From a virus: a stretch of DNA of 64,000 bases. Location of the stretch: positions 35,181-99,180 of IMG/VR virus record IMGVR_UViG_3300048583_000034; one strand, given 5' to 3'. Shown here piece by piece: positions 17,507 through 26,677 of this stretch. The position numbers were made by a program, and so were the translations under genes. The notes under the pieces are model-generated. The model was not told the DNA's origin. It did no database searches and saw only the letters and a list, made by a program, of their open reading frames with translations. Within the stretch, counting starts at the first letter, position 1. Every line of letters starts with the position of its first letter.

Positions 17507-19030
17507 TTACCTTAAGAGATTCTTCAACATCTGAGAATAAGCTTCTTGGAACGGTCCAGAAAGAATCAACCCAGCAATCTCTTTCATCCTTTGCTCATCT
17601 GGATCTTCTCCAGCGTTCAACGTCTCTAGAACATATTCGTTTAGAGCGTCAGTTATTGAGCGAAAGTGTGTCTTATCCTTTTGCAAGACCGGAAACCAAG
17701 TCATAAGTTTAGCCCCATCGAAATATTGCTTTAACTTAAGTCTCGTTTCGTCTCTGGTTCCACCAATACGTTGAACCTTCTCTTCTGCTCTAGCAATCTT
17801 AGCGTTGAATTCATCAGCGTTAAAATGTGCTGGTCCTCTGGAAGCTTCGTCGCAATATCCAACAGCTTTCACAACTTCCCATGCTGGGTCGTTAATAAGA
17901 GCAGTCAGAGTCTTGATGTTAAGTTTATCCAGATTATGAATAAGCATATGCTTCTCCACAGCAAATAGAATATGTTTCTTATCTTGGGGAGAGAGTTCCG
18001 AGAACTTTAACGTCCTGAAGATCCTATCCACGATAGGAACACCTGCTCCATCATGACCGTGATAGTTCGAGAAGCCATTATCCTTACGTCCTCTCGTAGT
18101 CGCTTTACCAAAGTCATGGAAAAGAACGGCAAGGTTTATAACGGGATCAGTATATGGGGACACTTTCAAACATTCATAGATATGTCCCAGCACTTGAGCA
18201 TCACCTTCTGGATGATGTTGGGGATCATGATCGAATCCTTCCATAGCAGTAAACTCGGGAAGAATGTCGTGTAGAATGCCCGTCTCTTGTAACTTGTGTA
18301 GAAAGTTCGCCAGAGTCTTACCAGACTTCGCAGACTTATAAAACTCTTTGGAAATGCTTTCCTTGGAAATCGCCTCTGGATTAGATAACAAACTCTTTAG
18401 TTCGATAGCAGCTTGTTTGGTTCCTTCTTCAATATCGAAGCCCATCTTAGCAGCAAATCTAAAGACACGTAGAATTCTAGTGGCATCTTCCTGAAATCTC
18501 TTTTTTGGATCACCCACAGCACGCACCAGAGAGTTTTTCAAGTCCTCCAGACCACCCTGAAAGTCCACGATCTGTCCAGACGCATCCAGACCAAAGGAAT
18601 TGATCGTAAGGTCTCTACGCGCAGTGTCAGCTTCAAAGGAATCCGTCTCAGTGGAGACGTTGTTCTGTCTCCCGATGTCTCCCGAATCCGTTCTGAATTT
18701 CGCAAGGTCATACCAATAGTTTCCCCACTTAATTGTAAACACAGGTTGTAAATCATCCTTAGAGATATTTCTCATCTCATAAAGTTCTGATAACTTCTCC
18801 AGAGGAATATTGGTGGCCATATCCACATCATCAATTTCATTCCCCATAAGAAGATCTCTAGGAACCCCACCAACAATATAAATATCACCCTTTAGTTTTG
18901 ACTTGATATTCTTCATTAAATCAAGAGCAACTCTCAATTCTTCAGAAGATTCCACAGCTTTTATCCACTTGGCATCAAAGTCATCACCATACTTCTCTAG
19001 AAGCATATAGCGCAGTTTGTCGAATTTCAT
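17507..19030 (-). CDS. cca: class II tRNA nucleotidyltransferase (CCA-adding) with HD domain
   Basis: VGGVPRD..DVD, RRDLTINS, EDATRILR, HHPEG..H..HDFGK. Confidence 0.92.
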   Translation of the reverse strand: MKFDKLRYMLLEKYGDDFDAKWIKAVESSEELRVALDLMKNIKSKLKGDIYIVGGVPRDLLMGNEIDDVDMATNIPLEKLSELYEMRNISKDDLQPVFTIKWGNYWYDLAKFRTDSGDIGRQNNVSTETDSFEADTARRDLTINSFGLDASGQIVDFQGGLEDLKNSLVRAVGDPKKRFQEDATRILRVFRFAAKMGFDIEEGTKQAAIELKSLLSNPEAISKESISKEFYKSAKSGKTLANFLHKLQETGILHDILPEFTAMEGFDHDPQHHPEGDAQVLGHIYECLKVSPYTDPVINLAVLFHDFGKATTRGRKDNGFSNYHGHDGAGVPIVDRIFRTLKFSELSPQDKKHILFAVEKHMLIHNLDKLNIKTLTALINDPAWEVVKAVGYCDEASRGPAHFNADEFNAKIARAEEKVQRIGGTRDETRLKLKQYFDGAKLMTWFPVLQKDKTHFRSITDALNEYVLETLNAGEDPDEQRMKEIAGLILSGPFQEAYSQMLKNLLR

Positions 19031-19057
19031 ATTTGTATTTAAACGATAACCTAGTGT

Positions 19058-19924
19058 TTAAAAGGGTAAATCGTCCTCAGTATCGGGTTCGGTTGGGACT
19101 GGTGCCTTCGGTGTTGGCTTCTTCAGTCTCTTCTTTTTAGGTAACTCACCACCTCTTAAAGTTTTCGGTTGGACATAATCTGGGCTTTCATCATCAAAAT
19201 AACCTGCTTCCTGTCTGACATATTCATCATGATCTCTATAAGCATTAAACTCATAACCTTCCCATACAGGATCTATAAGAACATACTCACCATTAGCACG
19301 TTTCATGACATTACCAGCGTGCCAATCAGGAACACCGCCCCAATTTTCAGACTTCATTACCTTTTCTAGCATATCTTGTCCAACTAAAACATTGTATATT
19401 TCTCTGGGGAGGGCATCAACTTCTGATTTAAGATCTTCCATAACTGCCTTGGAATCGTTCTCATAAAATCTTATAAGTTGATCTGGATTGTTTTTATAAA
19501 AAGTGTATCTATAAACAACCCCTCTGCCTGCATCTATATCATTAAATTCTCCCTCTTCCAAGGGTTCCAGTTTTTCTATACGAGACACATACATCTCCTT
19601 ATCATATTCTTCCCTAGCATAAAAAGGGACTATTCTTTTAGGTGTCCCATAAAATTTGGGGAAAGGAGGATAAGGATTCTTATAAGCAAAACGAACAAAT
19701 CTCAAATATGGATCATCCTTTGTAAATGTCTTGATAACATATGGCCATTTTGGATGAGAATATACGGTCCCATACTTACCAGCACCGATCTGCTTACCAC
19801 CAGAAGCTTCAAACTCTTTCATGAGATCCCACCACCTCTTATCCCTATGTTCCGGGTTCAAAAGAAAGTCCGACACCGTATCAAAGGATTCGTTGATGTG
19901 GAAGAAGGAAGTAAATGAGATCAT
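19058..19924 (-). CDS. protein kinase-like protein
   Basis: GAGKYGTVY, VIK, DWHAGN, LIDP. Confidence 0.75.
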   Translation of the reverse strand: MISFTSFFHINESFDTVSDFLLNPEHRDKRWWDLMKEFEASGGKQIGAGKYGTVYSHPKWPYVIKTFTKDDPYLRFVRFAYKNPYPPFPKFYGTPKRIVPFYAREEYDKEMYVSRIEKLEPLEEGEFNDIDAGRGVVYRYTFYKNNPDQLIRFYENDSKAVMEDLKSEVDALPREIYNVLVGQDMLEKVMKSENWGGVPDWHAGNVMKRANGEYVLIDPVWEGYEFNAYRDHDEYVRQEAGYFDDESPDYVQPKTLRGGELPKKKRLKKPTPKAPVPTEPDTEDDLPF

Positions 19925-19976
19925 GCCCTAATATTTAAGGATTTGACTTCTTAAAACACTAGGGTATACTATATAC

Positions 19977-20177
19977 ATGATGGAGAGTGACGTTATCAAA
20001 ATACGTGTGGATGGTCAAGTATATCATCACAATTTGGCAGAGTTTTTTAGACAAGTGGCAAACGATATAGAGTTTCGACAAAAACAAGGTTGGGATGGCA
20101 AACACCACTCACAACAAGTTATGTGTGGAAAACATCTTACGCATTGGTCAATTGAAAAGAAAGATTACGCTAAATAA
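19977..20177 (+). CDS. hypothetical protein
   Basis: ATG 6 nt after early promoter 19943-19970. Confidence 0.7.
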   Translation: MMESDVIKIRVDGQVYHHNLAEFFRQVANDIEFRQKQGWDGKHHSQQVMCGKHLTHWSIEKKDYAK

Positions 20178-20181
20178 TTTA

Positions 20182-20946
20182 ATGCTGTCTTTTAATCAAT
20201 TCTACGAAAAATTTGAACGCGGAGAACTTCTACCAATTAATAGAAGACGCAAGATTTTAATTGAAGCACTATATGTTTATCCTTCCTCTGGAGACAAAGC
20301 TATCATGGATGTATATGCATTGTATGCTCTCTGGTGGGAACTCGGTGGTGGCAAGTCATCTTATGGATACGCAGAAACTTCCATAAGAAACGAGAGAGTA
20401 AGAGAAAAAGTAGACAGAGCATTCGAAGAAGCCTTGACCGTAATCTCAAACAAACTCCTACAGGAAACAAAAGAAGCCATCGCAGACGAAGCAGAGAACA
20501 TATTTGACGAACACTTAATACCCTCAAAAGATGTAGTCCTCTGGTTTAAACAAAACAACCTTTTACCAAAATTAAAGAAAGCCTACAATAATGGAGCAGG
20601 TGGCGTTTGGTTTGATACGTTCTCCTATGACGAAACTATACAGATCTTAGCAGCACCGTTCTGGGAAGAACATGCAAACTTATATGGTGGTAAGAAATGG
20701 TCCTCCATAACGGAAGTCACCAAACAACTCGATAACGCCATTCGAAGAGAAAACGTTCAGAGTCTATTAAGCACCTTTGACAAGTTCATGGATCTGGAAC
20801 ATAACACAGGATCTCTCTATTCCAAATTGAACCAAATGAAAGTCTCCAAAGAAACTCTAGACCTAAGAGCAGGTTTCCAATCAGTAAAGGATTTCCTCCC
20901 CTACGTCTCCGACCAAGTTAAAAAATTCATAGGATTAATGCGATGA
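20182..20946 (+). CDS. late protein, paralog of the N-domain of 14920-17292
   Basis: YGGKKWSSI and DLEHNTG match YGGNAWGSI and DLQHNTD; TAAATA upstream. Confidence 0.75.
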   Translation: MLSFNQFYEKFERGELLPINRRRKILIEALYVYPSSGDKAIMDVYALYALWWELGGGKSSYGYAETSIRNERVREKVDRAFEEALTVISNKLLQETKEAIADEAENIFDEHLIPSKDVVLWFKQNNLLPKLKKAYNNGAGGVWFDTFSYDETIQILAAPFWEEHANLYGGKKWSSITEVTKQLDNAIRRENVQSLLSTFDKFMDLEHNTGSLYSKLNQMKVSKETLDLRAGFQSVKDFLPYVSDQVKKFIGLMR

Positions 20947-21221
20947 AACCAGTGAATTATAATGAACTCTCCCGAGAACAAAGGCGAGAAGTTCGTATAC
21001 AATATATTGAGGATCAAAAAGGTTTGTGTGCTCATTGCAAGGGATCTCTAAGAGAATCACCACCTAGGGAAATATCAAGTAAGTATATTAATAAAAACCT
21101 GTTCCCCGCAAACTTCTTTAATTGGCCCGTGCATCTCCACCACGATCACGATACAGGCATGACCATAGGAGCAGTTCACGCAAAATGTAATGCGGTTCTC
21201 TGGCAATATCATGGAGAGTGA
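20943..21221 (+). CDS. endonuclease VII-like His-Me domain protein
   Basis: CAHC...HLHHDHDTG...HAKCN. Confidence 0.75.
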   Translation: MKPVNYNELSREQRREVRIQYIEDQKGLCAHCKGSLRESPPREISSKYINKNLFPANFFNWPVHLHHDHDTGMTIGAVHAKCNAVLWQYHGE

Positions 21222-21350
21222 TAAAACCCGAAGTATTTCATAAAACACTAGATTAGGATGTGGTCGCAACAATTTCGGGAAAAATCCTGTGATCATTTTC
21301 ATAATTTTATTAAAAAATTTTTTCTATGGCCTCCCCAAATTTCAATTTCT

Positions 21351-21417
21351 ATCTGATATCTATCTGCTATTCCTAACACGGGGTGTTCACATGAACACTA
21401 TCAGATAGATATCAGAT
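21351..21417. repeat. 16-bp perfect inverted repeat with inner hairpin
   Basis: ATCTGATATCTATCTG / CAGATAGATATCAGAT; inner GTGTTCA/TGAACAC. Confidence 0.85.
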
Positions 21418-21422
21418 GCGAC

Positions 21423-21465
21423 AAAAAAAGCCCTAGCAAGAACCAATGATGGAACTTGCTAGGGC
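21423..21465 (-). terminator. intrinsic terminator of the minus-strand early arm
   Basis: GCCCTAGCAAG/CTTGCTAGGGC stem followed by T7 on - strand. Confidence 0.75.
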
Positions 21466-21514
21466 AAACACAACCAACCAAAAAAGGTTAGGAAATTTCA
21501 CAGGGTTTTTCAGG

Positions 21515-21652
21515 TTGACCCTCAACCGTTGGCGATGGTTCCCTTTCCATCATGAGGACTGCGCCCAGTAGCTAACTGGCACGCCTAACTCATGACCCTC
21601 TCCGCACTCACGGGAGGCACCCCACCGGGTGGATGAAAGGGGTTAGGGTTAA
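21515..21652 (-). ncRNA. GC-rich multibranch RNA
   Basis: Nested stems CCCTTTC/GAAAGGG, TCATGAG/CTCATGA, CCAGT/ACTGG, CACCC/GGGTG. Confidence 0.5.
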
Positions 21653-21659
21653 AAAGTGA

Positions 21660-21791
21660 TTAGCACCCGCAGCAGGGGGCATCCTCGCACCCGCAGGGTG
21701 CATCATTAGGACTGTCCATCCCATCCTCCCAGAGGGAAAGGGCGAGAGCAAAGAAGGCGAGCTTGGCTTGGCGAGATGTGGTGATTCTCAT
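21660..21791 (-). CDS. 43-aa Cys-rich peptide (...APCGCEDAPCCGC)
   Basis: ATG 6 nt after promoter 21798-21815; below ORF-track cutoff. Confidence 0.7.
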   Translation of the reverse strand: MRITTSRQAKLAFFALALSLWEDGMDSPNDAPCGCEDAPCCGC

Positions 21792-21818
21792 AAGTGGATT
21801 CTATTCTAGTGTTTAATC

Positions 21819-22043
21819 TCAGACGTTTCGCCATCCATAAGTGCGGACAGCGTAATCACCAGAGGGAAGCTTGCGGATGCTGGACACACCTTGCGAGACA
21901 TGCCCGCAACAGTCATGCTCACAGTGGCAGCGATAGCGCATGTGAGATTGAATCTCATTCTCATCCGCAGCGCGGACGATGGAGATGGAACGAACGGACT
22001 CACCCGTTTCATCCCATCTATCTTTACCTTTAATGATTTCCAT
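21819..22043 (-). CDS. small Cys/His-rich protein
   Basis: CHCEHDCCGH; own promoter. Confidence 0.8.
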   Translation of the reverse strand: MEIIKGKDRWDETGESVRSISIVRAADENEIQSHMRYRCHCEHDCCGHVSQGVSSIRKLPSGDYAVRTYGWRNV

Positions 22044-22069
22044 GTGAGTGAATTCTATTCTAGTGTTTA

Positions 22070-22165
22070 ACCTCTCCCGGTGGGTGCCTCGTCACGATCC
22101 CCGCGATTACTGGCGTATAGGATTAAAGAGGAATGGGTGAACTGTCGCACCCACCGGGTCTAGGC
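22070..22165 (-). ncRNA. promoter-driven small RNA
   Basis: 12-bp stem CCCGGTGGGTGC/GCACCCACCGGG right after promoter 22176; no ATG. Confidence 0.55.
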
Positions 22166-22288
22166 TTATTCTGTCCTAGTGTTTAACTCGTTGCACTCTC
22201 TGGCCTATCCTCAGAAGCTCCAAGGATAGGCTAGAAAGCCCTTGGCCTAGCCCGTGAGAGGGGACTAGGCCAAGGGGATTTAGATCGA

Positions 22289-22795
22289 TCAGGCACCCGC
22301 TGGGGCGGTCTCTTCAGCCTTTGGGGCAGCTTCACCGCGAGCGGCAAGCGCATTGTCGATCATCTTTTGAATGCTTTCGTCGGAGAGCTTCAATTGCGCC
22401 CCCACCTTGCGGAGGGATTTGATGATGGACTCGGTCGAGTTTGGGTCGGTCGCGGTGGCGGAATAATCGCGCTCTTTGATCTTGCTCCATTCGACTTCGA
22501 AGAGGTCAACCGTTTCGAATTTCGGATTTCCATCTTCATCCATGGCTTGCAATTCGATTCCGTCAACCGTTTCCATGACTTCGACAACCTTGAAACGGCG
22601 GTCGGTGGCGACGGTGTGAAGGACTTCGAGAATTTCCTTTTCCGTCATGGCGACAGGTTCGGCATTCTTGACAGCGGCAGGGCGGGAGAACTCGTTGCGG
22701 AGTTCAGTAAGATCACCCTTGATTTTCTCGGAAACTCCGAAGGTGAATTGCTTTGGCTTGGCGGTAGTGGCGACTGGCGTGGTGGTGTTGGACAT
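22289..22795 (-). CDS. GC-rich early protein, putative ribbon-helix-helix DNA-binding N-terminus
   Basis: KQFTFGVSEKIKGDLTELRNEF; paralog of 41353-41760; double hairpin 22196-22277 downstream. Confidence 0.75.
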   Translation of the reverse strand: MSNTTTPVATTAKPKQFTFGVSEKIKGDLTELRNEFSRPAAVKNAEPVAMTEKEILEVLHTVATDRRFKVVEVMETVDGIELQAMDEDGNPKFETVDLFEVEWSKIKERDYSATATDPNSTESIIKSLRKVGAQLKLSDESIQKMIDNALAARGEAAPKAEETAPAGA

Positions 22796-22948
22796 GGTTT
22801 GATTCTGTTCTAGTGTTTTATTCGGTGGATGACTCGTTTCGAGTGAGTCAGTCTCATGCTGGTTACTATTGGTAAGACCCTTCCCGAAACCTTAGTGGTA
22901 AGCGGTTCGTCATTTCGTGGCATCATTCTGTCCTAGTGTTTAACTAGG

Positions 22949-23029
22949 TTATCGTTGCCAACTGGCAACCTCTAATGCGATGGCGTCAATTATTTCATCG
23001 GTGGAGTCAATGGGGATGGTGATGGTCAC
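22949..23029 (-). CDS. 26-aa peptide
   Basis: GTG after promoter 23044: MTITIPIDSTDEIIDAIALEVASWQR. Confidence 0.4.
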   Translation of the reverse strand: MTITIPIDSTDEIIDAIALEVASWQR

Positions 23030-23043
23030 CCACCCATTCTGTC

Positions 23044-23208
23044 CTAGTGTTTATCCAATTCCTTGGCGACATACTCAAAAGCATTCAAACCAGCATAACC
23101 CGCCTTATGAAGAGCAGAGTCGGCAGCGTCATGATTTGAAAGGTAAATTGCAGTAATAATAATTGCAATTAAGAAAGCAAGGGAAGTAAAGGGAAGGAGA
23201 CATTTCAT
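23044..23208 (-). CDS. 54-aa membrane peptide
   Basis: N-terminal TM; stop TAG lies inside next promoter. Confidence 0.6.
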   Translation of the reverse strand: MKCLLPFTSLAFLIAIIITAIYLSNHDAADSALHKAGYAGLNAFEYVAKELDKH

Positions 23209-23233
23209 CGTGCTTCAATCCTATCCTAGTGTT

Positions 23234-23401
23234 TTATTCTCCAAAGTCTCGGAATCCGATCACTTTCAACCACCATCCAAGCTCTTTGTGTAATACGCGC
23301 TTGAATTTTATCCATTTAGATACTCTCTTATTCACTAGAGTATTTATTACCCGGCCTTTATACTCATAAGAAACAAGGTCAATGTATAGAGTATTTTTCA
23401 T
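23234..23401 (-). CDS. 55-aa hypothetical protein
   Basis: Fills the interval between two promoters. Confidence 0.65.
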   Translation of the reverse strand: MKNTLYIDLVSYEYKGRVINTLVNKRVSKWIKFKRVLHKELGWWLKVIGFRDFGE

Positions 23402-24195
23402 CTTGAAACAATTCTATCCTAGTGTTTAAATGATAAAGGCGGCTCAAGAAGTCTTTTCTTGCCCGCTGGAAACTGGTTGTATTGATATGATAAGCTCAAT
23501 CAGACTTTCAATATGTGTGCAGGGATTAAGATGCGTGCCACCTAACTCTTTATTTTGATTTAAGTGAAGATTAGTTTCTTGAATTCTTCACTTGTTTAAA
23601 CTTCTGATATTATGCAACTCGACCCGAGGGCGCATGAGATTTTATAGCTAAGTGATCTTTTGTCTTCACTTATTTAGTCTATTCTAGTGTTTAATGCGGG
23701 GAATGCCCGCGCTCACATATCACCACAACCTGTGAGCGCGGGTCTTATCACCACCTAGAAAAGTTTACCAGATAAACAAAGTTATTATATTTACAAAGTT
23801 ATGGTGAGAAAACCTTCATGAATACCTTATTCTCGTACATTATAATGAAGTGGTTACACCGCATACGTCACACCACACTTCATTAAATCTGACACTGTAT
23901 GTTTTTCCTGATACTTAAATGAAGTTGTCAAATTGAAAAAGTTATCAGGAAAACAAAGTTATATTATCAGACTCAGAATCTATACACAGTTGTCACGGGA
24001 TCACAACTATATTCCGGGGTGGCTACACCCATACGCTTACACAATCCTATCTATTAGAACTACGATCATCTATATCTTTCGATACTGCTTGCATTCACAT
24101 TCAATGACCATCTCAATTCGTTGTGCTCAGGGAAATTCTAGGCTAGTGTTTAATGAATGTATTTACAATGTAAATCTTGGTGTGATACAATGTAA

Positions 24196-24387
24196 TTACA
24201 GAGACTTGAGCTTCTGAGTCAGATCATACTTATCACACAGATCATTGATGCAAGACTGAGGATAAACAACGATAACCACAGAGTTATGAGTAGCCTGAAG
24301 AGTAAGAACTCCATCCCTTGCGACATCTAATGCCCTACAAAGGAAGTTATACACAGACTCACCGGGAGTAGCTTCGAGGAATTTCAT
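24196..24387 (-). CDS. hypothetical protein
   Basis: Promoter-led ORF. Confidence 0.7.
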   Translation of the reverse strand: MKFLEATPGESVYNFLCRALDVARDGVLTLQATHNSVVIVVYPQSCINDLCDKYDLTQKLKSL

Positions 24388-24487
24388 GTCATTATCCTAA
24401 CCTAGTGTTTTACGAAAAAAGTGCCGTTTGTCCCTAGGAGAAAATCGACTCAAACCTATATTCTATAAGGGTTCCAGAAAATGTCAT

Positions 24488-24805
24488 CTAACTGATAATC
24501 TCAGCTTTCATCCAGAAGTTATCACCAATTTCGATGCCAGAGTCAATCAGAAAGGTTCTTTCGGAATAACAAAGTTCAAATTTAGTATCTTTAAGTTTCA
24601 CTTCACCATAATCTGTCCTCTTAACTTCACGAAATCCTTTCTTTTTAGGATTGAAATTAGAGAAAACAACTTCAACAGAACAATCCATGATATGATTCAC
24701 ATTCAAAAGCGTTCTGATAAATGGAATACATAAACCAAATTCTCGACCATCAGACCAAAAAAATGACTTATGAGATTCAAGTTTGAGTATTTTAGAAATT
24801 TTCAT
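24488..24805 (-). CDS. hypothetical protein
   Basis: Promoter-led ORF. Confidence 0.7.
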   Translation of the reverse strand: MKISKILKLESHKSFFWSDGREFGLCIPFIRTLLNVNHIMDCSVEVVFSNFNPKKKGFREVKRTDYGEVKLKDTKFELCYSERTFLIDSGIEIGDNFWMKAEIIS

Positions 24806-24959
24806 GTCAGTATTCTATACTAGTGTTTTATTCTTACCGATATTTCTATATTCTTATATAGCTACATAGCTATATAACGATAGAAGGTCTGTATCATTTA
24901 TTAGGTGATACAGACCTTACTTTTATTGATTGTTAAGGCGTTGTATCGTTTTTACGACC

Positions 24960-25145
24960 TTAGTAAGAATAATCTTGTGAGAAGGAAGTGGTCTTACCAT
25001 TCTCACGAATGATTGGAGTAGCACGGGAAGAGAGTGAACGCTTGATGATCACACCGGAAGTTTTAGGCTTAGAAAAAGCCATTTGAACCCAACTGGTCCT
25101 CAACGTTTTCTGTGGAGCGCGGAAATTATTGTCTGGTTTCTTCAT
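24960..25145 (-). CDS. basic hypothetical protein
   Basis: Promoter-led ORF; hairpin 24883-24918 downstream. Confidence 0.7.
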   Translation of the reverse strand: MKKPDNNFRAPQKTLRTSWVQMAFSKPKTSGVIIKRSLSSRATPIIRENGKTTSFSQDYSY

Positions 25146-25211
25146 GGCTTAATTATGGGCTAGTGTTTTATGGTTATTCCTCAAAAGACACTCAGAACAC
25201 TAAATAATAGT

Positions 25212-26036
25212 ATGAATAAGAAGTGTAATGATTGTGGAGGAGAGTTTGATAAAGATTCGATGTTTAATAAGAAGAGTGCTGGGAGATGCATTCCATGTTA
25301 TAAATTATCCAGAAAAAAGAATTATCTTGATAACAAGGATATCCTTCAAGAGAAAAGCAGGTTACATTATCAAAATATGAGCGATGAACAAAGAGAACGA
25401 TCAAAGGAATTGAGAAACGTTCGTCTCCAGAACAATAAAGAGAGTCATCTTGAATACAATAGGAAATGGCATCATGATAACAAAGAACGTTTAAAAACTG
25501 AAGGTAAGTGTTGGGACACCAATAACAAAGAAAGGATTAAACACTTACGAAAGCTGAGAGAATCCGATCCTCTTCATAAAGTTAAGAGATTAGAGTATCG
25601 AAGAGCTTACTACCAAAAGAACAAGGATAAAATCAAAATGAATGATGCCTTATGGGAATCTATCCCAAAGAATAAGATTGGTAGGAGATTGAGATCCAGA
25701 GTTCGCTCTGCATTGAAGAGAAATGTTTCTGGTGGTAGGAGTATTAAAACTGACAGCACACAAAAGCTCTTAGGTATATCTTACGATGAGCTTGTGGGTT
25801 ATCTCGAAGGATTGTTCAAAGATGGAATGTCTTGGGATAATTATGGGACTTGGCATATTGATCACATCATCCCCTGCTCATACTTTGATTTAACTTTAGA
25901 AGAAAACCAAAGGATATGCTTTAATTATCAGAACCTTACACCTTTATGGGGAGAAGATAATCATAGTAAGAGTGACTTGATATTGATTGATAATCCAGAA
26001 GAATTTATTCAAGCCATAAAAGATTCTCTCCCATAA
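25212..26036 (+). CDS. HNH-like homing endonuclease (antisense)
   Basis: MSWDNYGTWHIDHIIPC..NYQNLTPLW; TAAATA at 25201. Confidence 0.85.
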   Translation: MNKKCNDCGGEFDKDSMFNKKSAGRCIPCYKLSRKKNYLDNKDILQEKSRLHYQNMSDEQRERSKELRNVRLQNNKESHLEYNRKWHHDNKERLKTEGKCWDTNNKERIKHLRKLRESDPLHKVKRLEYRRAYYQKNKDKIKMNDALWESIPKNKIGRRLRSRVRSALKRNVSGGRSIKTDSTQKLLGISYDELVGYLEGLFKDGMSWDNYGTWHIDHIIPCSYFDLTLEENQRICFNYQNLTPLWGEDNHSKSDLILIDNPEEFIQAIKDSLP

Positions 26037-26145
26037 TTATGGATATTTGTTATACTCTGTCACTGCTTCACTCAGGTCTTGTGAGGCGAATACTCTTTCA
26101 CCCTGATTGAATACTTCATACCTTAGAGCGCATCCATTCATAAGA

Positions 26146-26490
26146 TTAGGATCGATGCTCGATTGCGGGTTGAGCCTCGTAGGAGAACTTCATACCCTGC
26201 TTCTTAAGATAAGCTAGGATTTCTTCCTTAGTATGAAGTTCATCAAAAAATGGTCCCGAGTTTGAAGCAAACCCACCTTTAAGACCTAGAAGGGCATAAG
26301 CTTTTTTAGCTGTGAGTTCATTATATTGGACATAGAGAGGTTGAACAAGAAGAAAAGAATTAGTTTCTCTTTGTGGGTCAACATAAACTCCACCAACTTT
26401 AAATGCCAATTCTTTTTGGATATATCCATCACGGATACACTTATCCAAGTCCAGCGAATAACTCACACCTTCAATTTCAATTGTTTTCAT
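26146..26490 (-). CDS. hypothetical protein
   Basis: Operonic ORF. Confidence 0.7.
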   Translation of the reverse strand: MKTIEIEGVSYSLDLDKCIRDGYIQKELAFKVGGVYVDPQRETNSFLLVQPLYVQYNELTAKKAYALLGLKGGFASNSGPFFDELHTKEEILAYLKKQGMKFSYEAQPAIEHRS

Positions 26491-26677
26491 AATAGTTTTA
26501 TAAGTAGTTCAATAATCCAATGAATATACGGAACTGATCCAATGACACCAATCAGAACGATAAGTGAAAAAGTCGGGAGGGACCACCATTTTTGACAATG
26601 GTTCATACACAATCCACCAAGGGCAAATAGTGAATAATACACCACCAGAAACCCGATAATATTTAATAGGATTATCA

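Noticed and set aside
21798-24420. CTAGTGTTTA repeats as a CRISPR array or integron attC sites
   Set aside because: Spacing is irregular and gene-sized, the repeat is ~11 nt with an adjacent -10 box, and no cas or integrase gene or attC palindrome is present
25096-25199. PQKTLRT appears in both divergent frames (24960-25145 minus and 25170 plus)
   Set aside because: All codons differ and the plus copy lies upstream of the likely true start (25212); treated as coincidence
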